Source: Burkholderiales bacterium (GTDB taxonomy: Bacteria > Pseudomonadota > Gammaproteobacteria > Burkholderiales > SG8-39). From it: 64,000 bases of DNA. The translations under genes were made by a program, and so were the position numbers. The DNA lies in contig JAOAFL010000041.1 in the NCBI GenBank assembly GCA_026416295.1, positions 3,799 to 67,798 of the forward strand, written 5' to 3'. Numbering within the stretch: the first letter of the stretch is position 1; each line of letters begins with the position of its first letter. This document shows, in pieces, positions 9,454-21,343 of the stretch. Under the pieces are notes generated by a model. The model did no database searches. It was given only the letters and a program-made list of their open reading frames with translations, and was not told the origin of the DNA.

Positions 9454-11187
9454 ATGGATCGAGTCAAAACCGAGGTGCTGACCGGCGCCGAGATCGTGGT
9501 GCGCTGTCTGCAGGAGGAAGGCGTCGAATACGTCTTCGGCTATCCGGGCGGCGCGGTGCTGTGGATCTACGACGAGCTTTTCAAGCAAGACCGGATCCGG
9601 CACGTGCTGGTGCGCCACGAGCAGGCGGCCGCGCACGCCGCGGACGCCTATTCGCGCTCGTCGAACAAGGTCGGCGTATGCCTGGTCACCTCGGGGCCTG
9701 GGGTGACAAACGCGGTCACGGGCATTGCGACCGCCTACATGGATTCGATTCCGATGATCGTGCTCACCGGGCAGGTGCCGACCCACGCGATCGGCCAGGA
9801 TGCGTTCCAGGAGTGCGACACCGTCGGTATCACGCGGCCGTGCGTCAAGCACAACTTTCTCGTGAAGGACGTGCGCGACCTCGCGGCGACGATCAAGAAG
9901 GCGTTCCACATCGCGACCACCGGCCGCCCCGGGCCGGTGCTCGTCGACATTCCGAAGGACATCACCACGCAGCGCTGCGAGTTCCACTATCCGGAATCGA
10001 TCTCGATGCGCTCGTACAACCCGGTGAAACGGGGCCACCCGGGCCAGATCCGCAAGGCGGTGCAGCTGCTCCTTGAGGCGCGCCGTCCGATGGTGTACAC
10101 CGGCGGCGGCGTGATCCTGTCGAACGCGTCGGGGCAGCTGCGCGAGCTGGTGAAGACGCTCGGCTTTCCGTGCACGAACACCCTGATGGGCCTCGGGGCG
10201 TACCCCGGCACCGACCGGCAGTTTCTCGGTATGCTCGGCATGCACGGAACGTACGAAGCGAACATGGCGATGCAGCATTGCGACGTGCTGCTCGCGATCG
10301 GCGCGCGCTTCGACGACCGTGTCATCGGCAATCCGGCGCATTTCGCGCAGAACCCGAGGAAGATCATCCACATCGACATCGATCCGTCGTCGATCTCGAA
10401 GCGCGTGAAGGTGGACGTGCCGATCGTCGGCAACATCCCGGACGTGCTCGACGAGATGCTGAAGCTGCTCGCGGCCGCGCTGTGCGAGGGGCGGCGACCG
10501 GATCCGGCCGCGCTCGCCGACTGGTGGCGGCAGATCGACGAGTGGCGCGCAAAAGACTGTCTGAAGTACGACCGCAGCGCCGCGATCATCAAGCCGCAGT
10601 TCGTGCTGGAAAAGCTCTATGAGGTGACGCAGGGCGAGGCCATCGTCACCTCCGACGTCGGCCAGCACCAGATGTGGGCGGCGCAGTTCTACAAGTTCGA
10701 CCGGCCCCGGCGCTGGATCAATTCCGGGGGGCTCGGCACGATGGGCTTCGGTCTGCCGGCGGCGATGGGCGCGCAACTGGCGAATCCCGGCGCGACGGTG
10801 GTGTGCGTGACCGGCGAGTCCTCCATCCAGATGTGCCTGCAGGAGCTGTCCACCTGCAAGCAGTACCGGCTGCCGATCAAGATCGTCAACCTCAACAACA
10901 AGTACATGGGCATGGTGCGCCAGTGGCAGCAGTTCTTCCACGGCAACCGCTACTCCGAGTCCTACATGGACGCGTTGCCCGATTTCGTGAAGCTCGCCGA
11001 AGGCTACGGCCACAGCGGGATGAAGATCGAGCGGCCGCAGGACGTGGAGCCGGCGCTGCGCGAGGCGCTCGCGCGCAAGAACGACCTCGTGTTCCTCGAC
11101 TTCATCACCGATCCGGCCGAAAACGTCTATCCGATGGTGCCCGGCGGCAAGGGCATCACCGAAATGATCCTCGCCGAAGACCTCTGA
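9454..11187 (+). CDS. ilvI: acetolactate synthase large subunit (biosynthetic)
   Basis: 577 aa, MDRVKTEVLTGAEIVVRCLQEEGVEYVFGYPGGAVL...GLGTMGFGLPAAMGA (ThDP-binding region). Confidence 0.95.
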   Translation: MDRVKTEVLTGAEIVVRCLQEEGVEYVFGYPGGAVLWIYDELFKQDRIRHVLVRHEQAAAHAADAYSRSSNKVGVCLVTSGPGVTNAVTGIATAYMDSIPMIVLTGQVPTHAIGQDAFQECDTVGITRPCVKHNFLVKDVRDLAATIKKAFHIATTGRPGPVLVDIPKDITTQRCEFHYPESISMRSYNPVKRGHPGQIRKAVQLLLEARRPMVYTGGGVILSNASGQLRELVKTLGFPCTNTLMGLGAYPGTDRQFLGMLGMHGTYEANMAMQHCDVLLAIGARFDDRVIGNPAHFAQNPRKIIHIDIDPSSISKRVKVDVPIVGNIPDVLDEMLKLLAAALCEGRRPDPAALADWWRQIDEWRAKDCLKYDRSAAIIKPQFVLEKLYEVTQGEAIVTSDVGQHQMWAAQFYKFDRPRRWINSGGLGTMGFGLPAAMGAQLANPGATVVCVTGESSIQMCLQELSTCKQYRLPIKIVNLNNKYMGMVRQWQQFFHGNRYSESYMDALPDFVKLAEGYGHSGMKIERPQDVEPALREALARKNDLVFLDFITDPAENVYPMVPGGKGITEMILAEDL

Positions 11188-11272
11188 CGAAAACCGGGCG
11201 GCGTCCCGGCGGGGGCGCGGCGCCGCGGCGCGCCGCACCCGCGGACGCCGCCGCACGCGACAGGTTCCGCCC

Positions 11273-11764
11273 ATGCGCCACATCATTTCGATCCTGGTCG
11301 AAAACGAGGCGGGCGCGCTCTCGCGCATCGCCGGCCTCTTTTCCGCGCGCGGCTACAACATCGAGTCGCTCACCGTCGCGCCGACCGAAGACGCGTCGCT
11401 GTCGCGCATGACGATCGTCACCTCCGGTTCCGACGACGTGATCGAGCAGATCACCAAGCAGCTGAACAAGCTGATCGAGGTGGTGAAGGTGGTGGACCTG
11501 TCGGAAGCGGAGCACATCGAGCGCGAACTGATGCTGATCAAGGTGCGCGCGGGGCCGCGCGAGCGCGAGGAAATGAAGCGCATGGCCGACATCTTCCGCG
11601 GACGGATCATCGACGTGTCGGACAACAGCTACACGATCGAGCTGACCGGCGACGGGGCGAAGCTCGACGCCTTCATCCGCGCGCTGGAGCCCGGCGTGAT
11701 CATGGAGACGGTGCGCACCGGCACGAGCGGCATCGGCCGCGGCAATCGCATCCTCAGGGCATAG
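11273..11764 (+). CDS. ilvH: acetolactate synthase small (regulatory) subunit
   Basis: 163 aa, [40 protein letters not shown] (ACT domain). Confidence 0.95.
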   Translation: MRHIISILVENEAGALSRIAGLFSARGYNIESLTVAPTEDASLSRMTIVTSGSDDVIEQITKQLNKLIEVVKVVDLSEAEHIERELMLIKVRAGPREREEMKRMADIFRGRIIDVSDNSYTIELTGDGAKLDAFIRALEPGVIMETVRTGTSGIGRGNRILRA

Positions 11765-13447
<1,683 letters not shown>

Positions 13448-13455
<8 letters not shown>

Positions 13456-14257
13456 GCGGGGCGAATTCGACGACGCCGGCCTCGCCGAGCGCGGCGGCGA
13501 GCTGTCGGACGAGCGTGCGCTTCGGCCGCGGCCCTTCGGCGCGCTGCGCCGACGCGGCATCTATCTGATCCCCAATCTCCTCACCACTGCGGCGCTCTTT
13601 GCCGGCTTTTTCGCCATCGTGCAGGCGATGAACGGCCGCTTCGAGGTGGCCGCGATCGCGATCTACATCGCGATGGTGCTCGACGGGCTCGACGGTCGCG
13701 TCGCGCGGCTCACGCACACGCAGAGCGAGTTCGGCGCCGAGTACGACAGTCTCGCCGACATGGTCTCGTTCGGCGTCGCGCCGGCGCTCGTGATGTACGA
13801 ATGGGCGATGAAGGATCTCGGCAAGCTCGGCTGGATCGCGGCGTTCGTCTACTGCGCCGGGGCGGCGCTTCGCCTTGCGCGCTTCAACACCAACATCGAC
13901 ATCGTCGACCGGCGCTATTTCCAGGGGTTGCCGAGCCCGATGGCGGCGGCGTTCGTCGCCGGACTGGTCTGGGTGATCGCCGACGTCGGCATCCAGCGCG
14001 CCGACTGGATTTCCTGGATCGCTTGGGCGTGCACGATGTACGCCGGCATCACGATGGTGTCGAACATGCCCTTCTACAGCTTCAAGGAGATCAACCTGAA
14101 GAAGAGCGTGCCGTTCTGGGTGATTCTCACCGCAGTGGCTGCGATCGCGGTGGTCTCGATCCGTCCGGCGGTGGTGCTGTTCCTGCTCGTGTTCGCCTAC
14201 GGGGTATCGGGCTACGTGCTGTATGCGCTCGGCACCCGCGTGCGCGTGGTGGCGTAG
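13448..14257 (+). CDS. pssA: CDP-diacylglycerol--serine O-phosphatidyltransferase
   Basis: Carries [20 protein letters not shown]...[34 protein letters not shown] (CDP-alcohol phosphatidyltransferase motif). GTG 13448 overlaps the psd stop by 8 nt. Confidence 0.85.
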
Positions 14258-14261
14258 GCGC

Positions 14262-15383
14262 GTGAAGCTCGCCGGCCTGCGCGTCGTCGACCTGTCGCGC
14301 TTTCTTCCCGGGCCGTACCTCACGCGCCTCATGGCCGACCACGGTGCGGAGGTGATCAAGGTCGAGCCCCCGGGCGAAGGCGACCCCACGCGCCACATCG
14401 GTGCTGCCGATGGCCCGAGCACGGTCTATTTCCGCGGCCTCAACCGCGGCAAGAAAAGCGTCGTGCTCGACCTGAAGCAGCCGCGCGACCGCGAGACGCT
14501 GCTCGCGCTGTGCGATTCGGCTGACGTGTTCGTCGAGAGCTTCCGCCCCGGGGTGGCGGCGCGCCTCGGCTTCGGCTACGAGGGGCTCGCCGCTCGCAAT
14601 CCGGGCCTCGTCTACTGCTCGATCAGCGCCTTCGGTCAGGACGGCCCCTACCGCGACCGACCCTCGCACGACCTCGGCGTCGAGGCAGTCGCCGGGGTGC
14701 TCTCGCAGTCGGTCGGGCGCGACGGGCAGCCGGCGATTCCGGCGCTGCCTGTGGCCGACATGACCGCGGCCCTTGCGGGACTCGCCGGCGTCCTGATGGC
14801 GCTCCTGCGACGCGAAAGGACCGGCCGCGGCGACTTCCTCGACATCTCGATGCTCGACACGGTGGTCTCGGCCGCGCAGATCCTGATGGGGCCGGCGCTC
14901 GCGGAAAACCGCCAGCCGGTGCCGACCGAGGAGCGCACCACAGGCGGTGCGGCGTTCTACCAGATCTACGACACCGCCGACGGCCGGCATATCGCGCTCG
15001 CCGGCCAAGAAATGAAGTTCGTGCGCAATCTCCTCTGCGCGCTCGGGCGGCCGGAACTCGCCTCGCTTTGCGAAAAGGGTCCTGGTCCGCACCAGCAGCC
15101 GGTGGTCGCATTCCTGCGCGAGACCTTCCGCACGAAGACCCGCGCCGAGTGGATCGAGTTCCTTTCGCGGCTCGACGTCTGCTTCGGCGAGCTGAACACG
15201 CTGCCCGAGGCGCTCGCCGACCCGCATCTCCTTGCTCGCGGCATGGTGCTCGCAGACGCCCTCGGGCGCCGGCACCTGAACACGCCGCTTCGCTTTGCGA
15301 ACGAGCCGGCGGCGCCCGAGCTCAGCGAGCCGGCGCTCGACGAGCACGGCGCCGAGTTGCGCGCCGCGTTCGGGCGCGGGTAG
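14262..15383 (+). CDS. family III CoA-transferase (CaiB/BaiF type)
   Basis: VKLAGLRVVDLSRFLPGPYLTRLMADHGAEVIKVEPPGEGDPTR... GTG 14262 lies just after the pssA stop. The longest start is ATG 14223. Confidence 0.85.
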   Translation: MKLAGLRVVDLSRFLPGPYLTRLMADHGAEVIKVEPPGEGDPTRHIGAADGPSTVYFRGLNRGKKSVVLDLKQPRDRETLLALCDSADVFVESFRPGVAARLGFGYEGLAARNPGLVYCSISAFGQDGPYRDRPSHDLGVEAVAGVLSQSVGRDGQPAIPALPVADMTAALAGLAGVLMALLRRERTGRGDFLDISMLDTVVSAAQILMGPALAENRQPVPTEERTTGGAAFYQIYDTADGRHIALAGQEMKFVRNLLCALGRPELASLCEKGPGPHQQPVVAFLRETFRTKTRAEWIEFLSRLDVCFGELNTLPEALADPHLLARGMVLADALGRRHLNTPLRFANEPAAPELSEPALDEHGAELRAAFGRG

Positions 15384-16500
15384 AGGCGCCGAGCGCGGCG
15401 CGCACCCAGCGCGCGAATCGCAGGCAGTCGAATTCCTGCGGCACGTACCAGCCGTGCCGGAAAGGGCGCGCGGCAAGGCCCTGCTGCTGCCACTCGCAGT
15501 TGCGCGCGTCCTGCGCGTTGGTGATCTCCCAGAGCTTCGTGTAGTGCTCGAGGTCGGCCCCGCGCGGAAGGTGCTCGGGTTCGAACAGCCAGTCGTAGAC
15601 GATGCGCACGCGCGCCGGTCCCGCGGGCAGCATCATGTGCGAATTGACGTAGTCGGGATGCACGTTGAGGAAGAGGCCGGGTGGGACGAGCCAGGGGACG
15701 TAGAGCGTTTCACGCTCGGCCTCGGTGAGCGCCGCGAACGGCGGGATGCGCGTGCTGCCATCGAGCGTGAGCGTGCGCGCCCCGGGCGCGTACTCGGGAC
15801 TCGTTTCCGGCCCGCGCAGGCCCCAGGCGCCCGCTTCGCGGTAGGCGCGGACCACGCGTACGAGCTCCGGATGCACCGGCGGACAGTGGTAGCACTCGGA
15901 AAAGTTCTCGCACAGAAGCTTCCAGTTCGCCCGCACCTCGGCGACGATGCGCTTGCCGATCCGCAGGCGATCGAAGCGGTAGCGCGCAAAGCGCTCGGGC
16001 GCCGCCCCGAGCGAGCGCAAAAGCGGCCGCGCGCGCCGGCCGGCCAGGTTGACGAACACGAACCCGCCCCAGCTCGCGCACGCCGCTTCGTGCAACGCGA
16101 ACCGCCTCGGGTCGAAATCCGGCGTCGGCATCCGCCGGGGCGTCGCGACGAGCCGGCCCTCGAGATCGTAGGTCCAGGCGTGGTAGGGGCAGACGATCCG
16201 GCCGCGCTCGAAAGTGCCCTCGTCGTCGCTGCAGAGCGCCGAGCCGCGATGGCGGCAGACGTTGTAAAAAGCGCGAAGCACGCCGTGCTCGCCGCGCACG
16301 AGAAGAAGCGGTTGCTCGCCCAGCTCGACGCGGCGCCAGGCGCCGGGCGAAGCGACTTCCTCCGCGCGCGCGACCGCCACCCAGTGGCGATACCAGATGC
16401 GCTCCAGCTCCCGCTGGTAATGGCGCGGCTCGCGGTACCAGGCCGCAGGCAGCGCGCGCGCAAGACGCCGAAGCGGCTTTCTCGGGAACTGGCTCTGCAT
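15322..16500 (-). CDS. Rieske [2Fe-2S] non-haem iron oxygenase, alpha-subunit type
   Basis: From internal ATG 16500 of track ORF 15322..17415: MQSQFPRKPLRRLARALPAAWY...NVCRHRGSALC...IVCPYHAWTY (CxH...CxxH Rieske motif) and NFSECYHCPPVHPEL. Its 3' end overlaps the convergent CoA-transferase gene by 62 nt. Confidence 0.85.
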   Translation of the reverse strand: MQSQFPRKPLRRLARALPAAWYREPRHYQRELERIWYRHWVAVARAEEVASPGAWRRVELGEQPLLLVRGEHGVLRAFYNVCRHRGSALCSDDEGTFERGRIVCPYHAWTYDLEGRLVATPRRMPTPDFDPRRFALHEAACASWGGFVFVNLAGRRARPLLRSLGAAPERFARYRFDRLRIGKRIVAEVRANWKLLCENFSECYHCPPVHPELVRVVRAYREAGAWGLRGPETSPEYAPGARTLTLDGSTRIPPFAALTEAERETLYVPWLVPPGLFLNVHPDYVNSHMMLPAGPARVRIVYDWLFEPEHLPRGADLEHYTKLWEITNAQDARNCEWQQQGLAARPFRHGWYVPQEFDCLRFARWVRAALGASTRARTRRATRRRARRAPAR

Positions 16501-16520
16501 GCGCGCTCGCGAGCGGGCGC

Positions 16521-17807
16521 CTACCTGAACACGTCCTTGATCAGCAGGTCGGGAAGCCAGGTGGCGAGCGCGGGGAAGAAGATGACGAGGAGAAGCACCG
16601 TGAGATCGCCGATGAAGAAGGGCAGCGATCCCTTCAGCACCGCCGGCAGCGGAATGCGCGAGGTGCCGCTCACCGCGAAGAGGTTGAGGCCGACCGGCGG
16701 CGTCACCACGCTCATCTCGACCGCGAGCGCGAGCATGATGCCGAGGTGGACCGGGTCGATCTTGAGCGCGTAGGCGACCGGGAACACCACCGGCACGGTG
16801 AGGAGCACCATCGCGACGCCATCCACCAGCATTCCCAGAACGAGCAGCACCCCCATGAAGGCGAAGATGAAGCCGAGCGGATGCAGCCCCCAGCCGGTGA
16901 TCGCTTCGGTGACCTTCTGCGGCCAGTAGAGGTTGGCGAGAAGGAACTGGAAGACGCCGACGCTGCCGACGAGGAACATGATCACCGCGGTGAGCTGCAG
17001 CGCGCGGCCCGCGGTGGGCAAAAGCGCCCGCAGGAACTCGCCGCGGCCGACGATCGCGCCGTAGACGAGCGCATAGCCGCAGGCGGCGGCGGCCGCTTCC
17101 GTCGGCGTGAACAGCCCGCCGTAGAGGCCGCCGAGGATCACCACCGGCATGCCGAGGGCGGGCGCCGCGCCCTTGAACTCGCGCCAGACGCGGCGCGGCT
17201 CGAACCGGCCGGCGCGCGGCAGGTCGAGCCAGAGCGCGATCACGATCACGCTCAGCGCGTTGCCGAGCGCAAGCAGCAGCCCCGGGATGATGCCGGCGAA
17301 AAAGAGCTTCACCACCGAGGTCTCGGTGACGATGCCGTAGAGGATGAGGATGATGCTCGGCGGAATGAGCATCGCGATGCCGCCGGCGGTAGCGACCAGG
17401 CCGGCGGACAACCAATCCGGGTAGCCGCGCTTTCGCATCTCGGGAATGGCGATCACGCTCATCGCTGCGGCCATCGCGACCGACGATCCGGAAATCGCGC
17501 CGAAGAGCACGCAGGCGACGACGGTCGCGACGCCGAAGCCGCCGGGCAGCCAGCCGACCAGCGCGTCCGCGAAGCGAAAGAGCTGCGCGACGAGCCCGGT
17601 ACGCTCCATCAGGAACCCCGCGAAGATGAACAGCGGGATCGCGATCAGCGCGTAGCGGTTGATGAAGCTGAAGAACTGCCGGAAGACGACGTTCGGCTCA
17701 AGGAGCGGATCGAACGCAATGTAGGCGGCGGCCGCGGCGGCGAGCGCGATGCCGATCGGCACGCTCGCAAGGAGCAGCACCAGCCCGACGATGCCGACGA
17801 TGCCCAT
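16521..17807 (-). CDS. dctM: TRAP transporter large permease
   Basis: 428-aa polytopic membrane protein, ...YALIAIPLFIFAGFLMERTGLVAQLFRFADALVGWLPGG..., typical of DctM. Confidence 0.9.
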   Translation of the reverse strand: MGIVGIVGLVLLLASVPIGIALAAAAAAYIAFDPLLEPNVVFRQFFSFINRYALIAIPLFIFAGFLMERTGLVAQLFRFADALVGWLPGGFGVATVVACVLFGAISGSSVAMAAAMSVIAIPEMRKRGYPDWLSAGLVATAGGIAMLIPPSIILILYGIVTETSVVKLFFAGIIPGLLLALGNALSVIVIALWLDLPRAGRFEPRRVWREFKGAAPALGMPVVILGGLYGGLFTPTEAAAAACGYALVYGAIVGRGEFLRALLPTAGRALQLTAVIMFLVGSVGVFQFLLANLYWPQKVTEAITGWGLHPLGFIFAFMGVLLVLGMLVDGVAMVLLTVPVVFPVAYALKIDPVHLGIMLALAVEMSVVTPPVGLNLFAVSGTSRIPLPAVLKGSLPFFIGDLTVLLLVIFFPALATWLPDLLIKDVFR

Positions 17808-17831
17808 CGGTGAGGCGCCTCCCGTCTCGAT

Positions 17832-18380
17832 TCAGTGGCCGGGCGCGCCCTCGCGCTCGTCGGGGTCCTCGGGGAGCGGCCGGCCGCGCAGCGCCCGGAA
17901 CTCGCGCCAGACCTGGAAGAAGAGCGTCACCGCCATGAATGCGAACCCCGCATACAGCGCCGCGAGAAACGGCCAGAGCAGGAACGCGAGGCTCTCGGTG
18001 CGCGAGCCGTAGCGGATGCCGTCCTCCAGTTCCGGCACGCCCCACCACAGGACCGCGAGCAGAAAGGCGAGCGAAAACAGCGTCGCGCCGAAGCGGATGA
18101 CCCGGACCGCCGTGTGCGAGCCGAGCGCTTCGAGCGCGTCGGTGAGCACGGTGACGTTCAGGTGCGCGCCGCGGCGCTGCGCGTTGCCGAAATAGAGGTA
18201 CACCGCGACCAGCGTGAAGAAAGTCACCGCATCCTGCGACCACTCGAAGGACAGGCCGAAGACGTAGCGGCGCACCACCTCGAGCAGCGCAAGAAGCGTG
18301 CAGCCGACAAGCACGAGCGCCGCAGCGCGCGCGATGAACCGGTCCTGGAACGCGCGCCAGGTCGCGTATGCCTTCTGCAC
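17832..18380 (-). CDS. dctQ: TRAP transporter small permease
   Basis: 182 aa with 4 predicted TM helices, sitting between the DctM and DctP genes. Sequence includes LLALLEVVRRYVFGLSFEWSQD. Confidence 0.8.
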   Translation of the reverse strand: MQKAYATWRAFQDRFIARAAALVLVGCTLLALLEVVRRYVFGLSFEWSQDAVTFFTLVAVYLYFGNAQRRGAHLNVTVLTDALEALGSHTAVRVIRFGATLFSLAFLLAVLWWGVPELEDGIRYGSRTESLAFLLWPFLAALYAGFAFMAVTLFFQVWREFRALRGRPLPEDPDEREGAPGH

Positions 18381-18402
18381 CGGCCGCGCCCTCTGCCGGC
18401 CG

Positions 18403-19542
18403 CTAGCGGATCACGATCTTGGCGGCGTGCTTCGAGCAGTCCACCTTCTCGATCCAGGAGCTGCCGGGCGGGTGCTGTTTGGAAAGCTCGCGTCCCTCCT
18501 GAATGAAGGTGTCCACCCACTGGTGCCCCGCCGGAGGCATCTTGCTCTTGATCCAGCGCGAGGGTCCGTCGCCGAGCGCGGCGGTGAGCGCCGCCACTTC
18601 CTGCGGCGTCATCCAGTACACGCCGGGCTTGGCAGGGTCCTTGGTGCCGTATTTTTCGTACGTCATCTTGTCGACGCACCAGTTGAGTTCCTTTTGCAGC
18701 TGGATCGTCTCGGCGACGAGCTTCTCGAGCGCTTCCTGCGTCGCCTTCGGCTGACGGTCCCACCATCGGCGGCTCGCGCTCACGATGTAGTAGTCGCCGG
18801 TGAATCCCCCCGCACCGCCGGTGGTGTAGAAGGGCGCCTGCTGACGCACGCCGAGCCAGCCGCCGATGCTCGTCATCAGGCCGTCGATGACGCCGGATTC
18901 GAGCGCGCTCGGCACCTCGCCGAAGGCCATCACGACCGGGCTCGCCTTCCACGCCTCGAGCACGGGGTTTTCCGCCGGGCCCATGCTGCGCACCTTGCGG
19001 CCGACGAAATCCTCCGGCTTCAGATAGCGCTTCTTGCCGCCCACGCCCATGCCGAAGCTCATGTGGCCGGCGCCGAACACCTTGATCAGCTGCTGCTTCT
19101 CCAGCCGATCGACGAGGAAGCGGTAGGTCTTCGTCTTTTCCAGCGCATCGACCGCGCCGACGGTGGTGAGGATACCGGGTCCGACCACCGCCATCATGTA
19201 CGGATCGACCGGCGCCGCCTTGCCCATCTGCATCCAGGTCATCTCGAGGTTGCCTTGGCGCATCGCTTCGAAGGCCTCGGGGATGGTGTAGAGGGCACCG
19301 GCGTAGTAGAGGCGCGCCTCGCTTCCCGGGATCACCTGCGGCAGCCGATCGGCGAAGTGCTTCATCGCGAGCCCCGCGGGGTGCGGCGGCGGCGGGAAAT
19401 CGCCGACGAACCGAAGGATCACCGGCTTGGGTGCCTGCGCAAGAGCGCATCCGATCGGCACGCCGAGGGCCGCCAGGGCGGCAGCGAGCACCGCGATGCC
19501 CGAGAGCTTTGCCGGGCATCGCACGATCGCGTCGAGTTTCAT
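18403..19542 (-). CDS. dctP: TRAP transporter substrate-binding protein
   Basis: Internal ATG 19542 (MKLDAIVRCPAKLSGIAVLAAALAALG... signal peptide) is preceded by GGAGGAGGAGG. The rest of track ORF 18403..19611 is the periplasmic binding domain. Confidence 0.8.
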   Translation of the reverse strand: MKLDAIVRCPAKLSGIAVLAAALAALGVPIGCALAQAPKPVILRFVGDFPPPPHPAGLAMKHFADRLPQVIPGSEARLYYAGALYTIPEAFEAMRQGNLEMTWMQMGKAAPVDPYMMAVVGPGILTTVGAVDALEKTKTYRFLVDRLEKQQLIKVFGAGHMSFGMGVGGKKRYLKPEDFVGRKVRSMGPAENPVLEAWKASPVVMAFGEVPSALESGVIDGLMTSIGGWLGVRQQAPFYTTGGAGGFTGDYYIVSASRRWWDRQPKATQEALEKLVAETIQLQKELNWCVDKMTYEKYGTKDPAKPGVYWMTPQEVAALTAALGDGPSRWIKSKMPPAGHQWVDTFIQEGRELSKQHPPGSSWIEKVDCSKHAAKIVIR

Positions 19543-19661
19543 GGGCCTCCTCCTCCAGAAGGTGAGCGCCGCGGCGCCTCGCCCGAAACCTCGCGCGATG
19601 CGCCCGCGCACTTCCGCGCCGTCGCGGAAACGAGTAAATTCTAGCCCGGAGGAGGTTCGGG

Positions 19662-20180
19662 ATGAAACGCATTCCTGCAGCGACGGCGCTCGCCGCGCTT
19701 CTTGCCGCGTGTCAGACCGTGCCCGACGAGGAGCTGCGCGCGACCGCCGGGATTGCGCCGTTGAAAGGCCATAAGGCGTTCGGGGAGGCGACCTTCGAGC
19801 AGGCGGGCGACAAGGTCCGGGTGATCGTCTTCGCGCAAGGGCTGACGCCCGATCGCGAGCATGGCTTTCACATTCACGAAAAGGGCGACTGCTCCTCCGA
19901 CGACGGCATGAGCGCGGGCGGGCACTTCAATCCCTTCGGCAAGCCGCACGGACACCATGCGAGTCCCGAACGGCATGCGGGCGATCTGCCGAACCTGAAG
20001 GCGGGGAAAGACGGCCGTGCGAAGCTCGATGTTCTGGTGGACACGATCACGCTGCGGCCCGGGCCGGCGAACATCGTCGGCCGCAGCCTCATCATCCACG
20101 CCGACCCTGACGACTACAAGACGCAGCCGACCGGCGCCTCCGGCGCGCGGATCGCCTGCGGCGTGATCAAGGCCGGCTGA
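19662..20180 (+). CDS. sodC: Cu/Zn superoxide dismutase, lipoprotein form
   Basis: Lipobox LLAAC followed by HGFHIHEKGDC, GGHFNPF, HAGDLPNL and LIIHADPDDY. GGAGGAGG lies upstream of the ATG. Confidence 0.9.
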   Translation: MKRIPAATALAALLAACQTVPDEELRATAGIAPLKGHKAFGEATFEQAGDKVRVIVFAQGLTPDREHGFHIHEKGDCSSDDGMSAGGHFNPFGKPHGHHASPERHAGDLPNLKAGKDGRAKLDVLVDTITLRPGPANIVGRSLIIHADPDDYKTQPTGASGARIACGVIKAG

Positions 20181-20187
20181 GACGGCG

Positions 20188-21102
20188 TCACGCGCCGCGC
20201 GCAGCGAGCGCCGCCGCGAGCGCGAGGGTGCGGCGTGCCCGCTCGACGACCGGATAGTCGACGAACGTTCCGCCCACCTCGATCGCCGCGCTGCCCTCGC
20301 GCTCGGCTTTCTCGAATGCGGCGACGATGCGCCGGGCGCGCTCCACTTCCTCCGCTTCGGGCGTGAAGACCGCGTTCACCACCGCGACCTGATCCGGGTG
20401 AATGCACAGTTTTCCGTGAAAACCCGAACGCAGGCTCGTTTCGGCCGAGCGGCGCAGGCCGTCGATGTCCTTCAGCCGCACCCACACAGTGTCGACCGGC
20501 GGCTCGAGCCCCGCGGCGCGCGAGGCGAGGACGAGCTGCGCGCGATAGGGCGCAAGCTCTTCCTCGCCTGCGGTCCAGGTCATTCCGAGGTCGCGCGCGA
20601 GGTCGGCGGCGCCGAAGGTGATGCGCCGCACGCGCCAAGCGCCCGGATAGTCCTTGAGCGAGCGCGCCGCGAGGATCCGGTCGAGCCGCAGGAACCCGGT
20701 CGCCGTCTCGACGATCGGCATCAGCTCCACGGCTCCGCGCGCAAGACCCCGCTCGCGCTCGAGGCCGGTCATCAACCAGTCGATCGCGCGCAGATCGGCG
20801 GCCGATTCGGCCTTCGGCAGCACGATTCCGTCCAGTCCCGGCCGCAGCACCGCCGTCAGGTCGCCGAGGCACCACTCGGTCGCGACGCCGTTGACGCGCA
20901 CGAAAAGGCGGCCGCGGCGCGGCCGCGCGAGCGCCTCGGCCGCCGCCGCGCGCGCGGCAGGCTTCTCCGAGACGGCGACCGCGTCCTCGAGATCGAGGAT
21001 GACGGCGTCGGCCTCCGAGCCGAGCGCCTTTTCCACCCGGCGCGCGTGATTCGCCGGAACGAAGAGGAAGCTTCGCAAGGGGGCAGATCCTGGAGCGTTC
21101 AT
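20188..21102 (-). CDS. HpcH/HpaI aldolase / citrate lyase beta (CitE)-like acyl-CoA lyase
   Basis: 304 aa, LRSFLFVPANHARRVEKALGSEADAVILDLEDAVA...GIVLPKAES...ELMPIVETA...GKLCIHPDQV. Confidence 0.85.
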   Translation of the reverse strand: MNAPGSAPLRSFLFVPANHARRVEKALGSEADAVILDLEDAVAVSEKPAARAAAAEALARPRRGRLFVRVNGVATEWCLGDLTAVLRPGLDGIVLPKAESAADLRAIDWLMTGLERERGLARGAVELMPIVETATGFLRLDRILAARSLKDYPGAWRVRRITFGAADLARDLGMTWTAGEEELAPYRAQLVLASRAAGLEPPVDTVWVRLKDIDGLRRSAETSLRSGFHGKLCIHPDQVAVVNAVFTPEAEEVERARRIVAAFEKAEREGSAAIEVGGTFVDYPVVERARRTLALAAALAARGA

Positions 21103-21253
21103 GAGGTTTTCCGTTGCGGATCGTCGCCTGCCGGGGAACGCAGGCGCAGCGGGAACATAGCAGCGGCGTGCGGGCCCGTCGAGCCGCGCGGTCGGCTTGC
21201 CGGGGCGTCCGCGATGGTTGCGTCGCGCCCCGGTTTGCCGTTATAGTGCAGCC

Positions 21254-21343
21254 ATGCACACCGCGGTCGCATACCTTCTTGCGACGGCTGCGAGCCTCCT
21301 GCTCGCTCGACTTCTGCTGCTGCGCCTCCGGCGCGCAGACTGA
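21254..21343 (+). promoter_or_regulatory. candidate leucine leader peptide ORF (29 codons, 10 Leu) upstream of leuA
   Basis: My translation is MHTAVAYLLATAASLLLARLLLLRLRRAD*. The ORF ends 78 nt before the leuA ATG. GC hairpins and a T5 run lie at 21373-21398. It is too short to appear in the ORF track. Confidence 0.4.

Noticed and set aside
9430-11328. 632-aa ORF on the minus strand
   Set aside because: It is antisense to ilvI. It is a shadow ORF.
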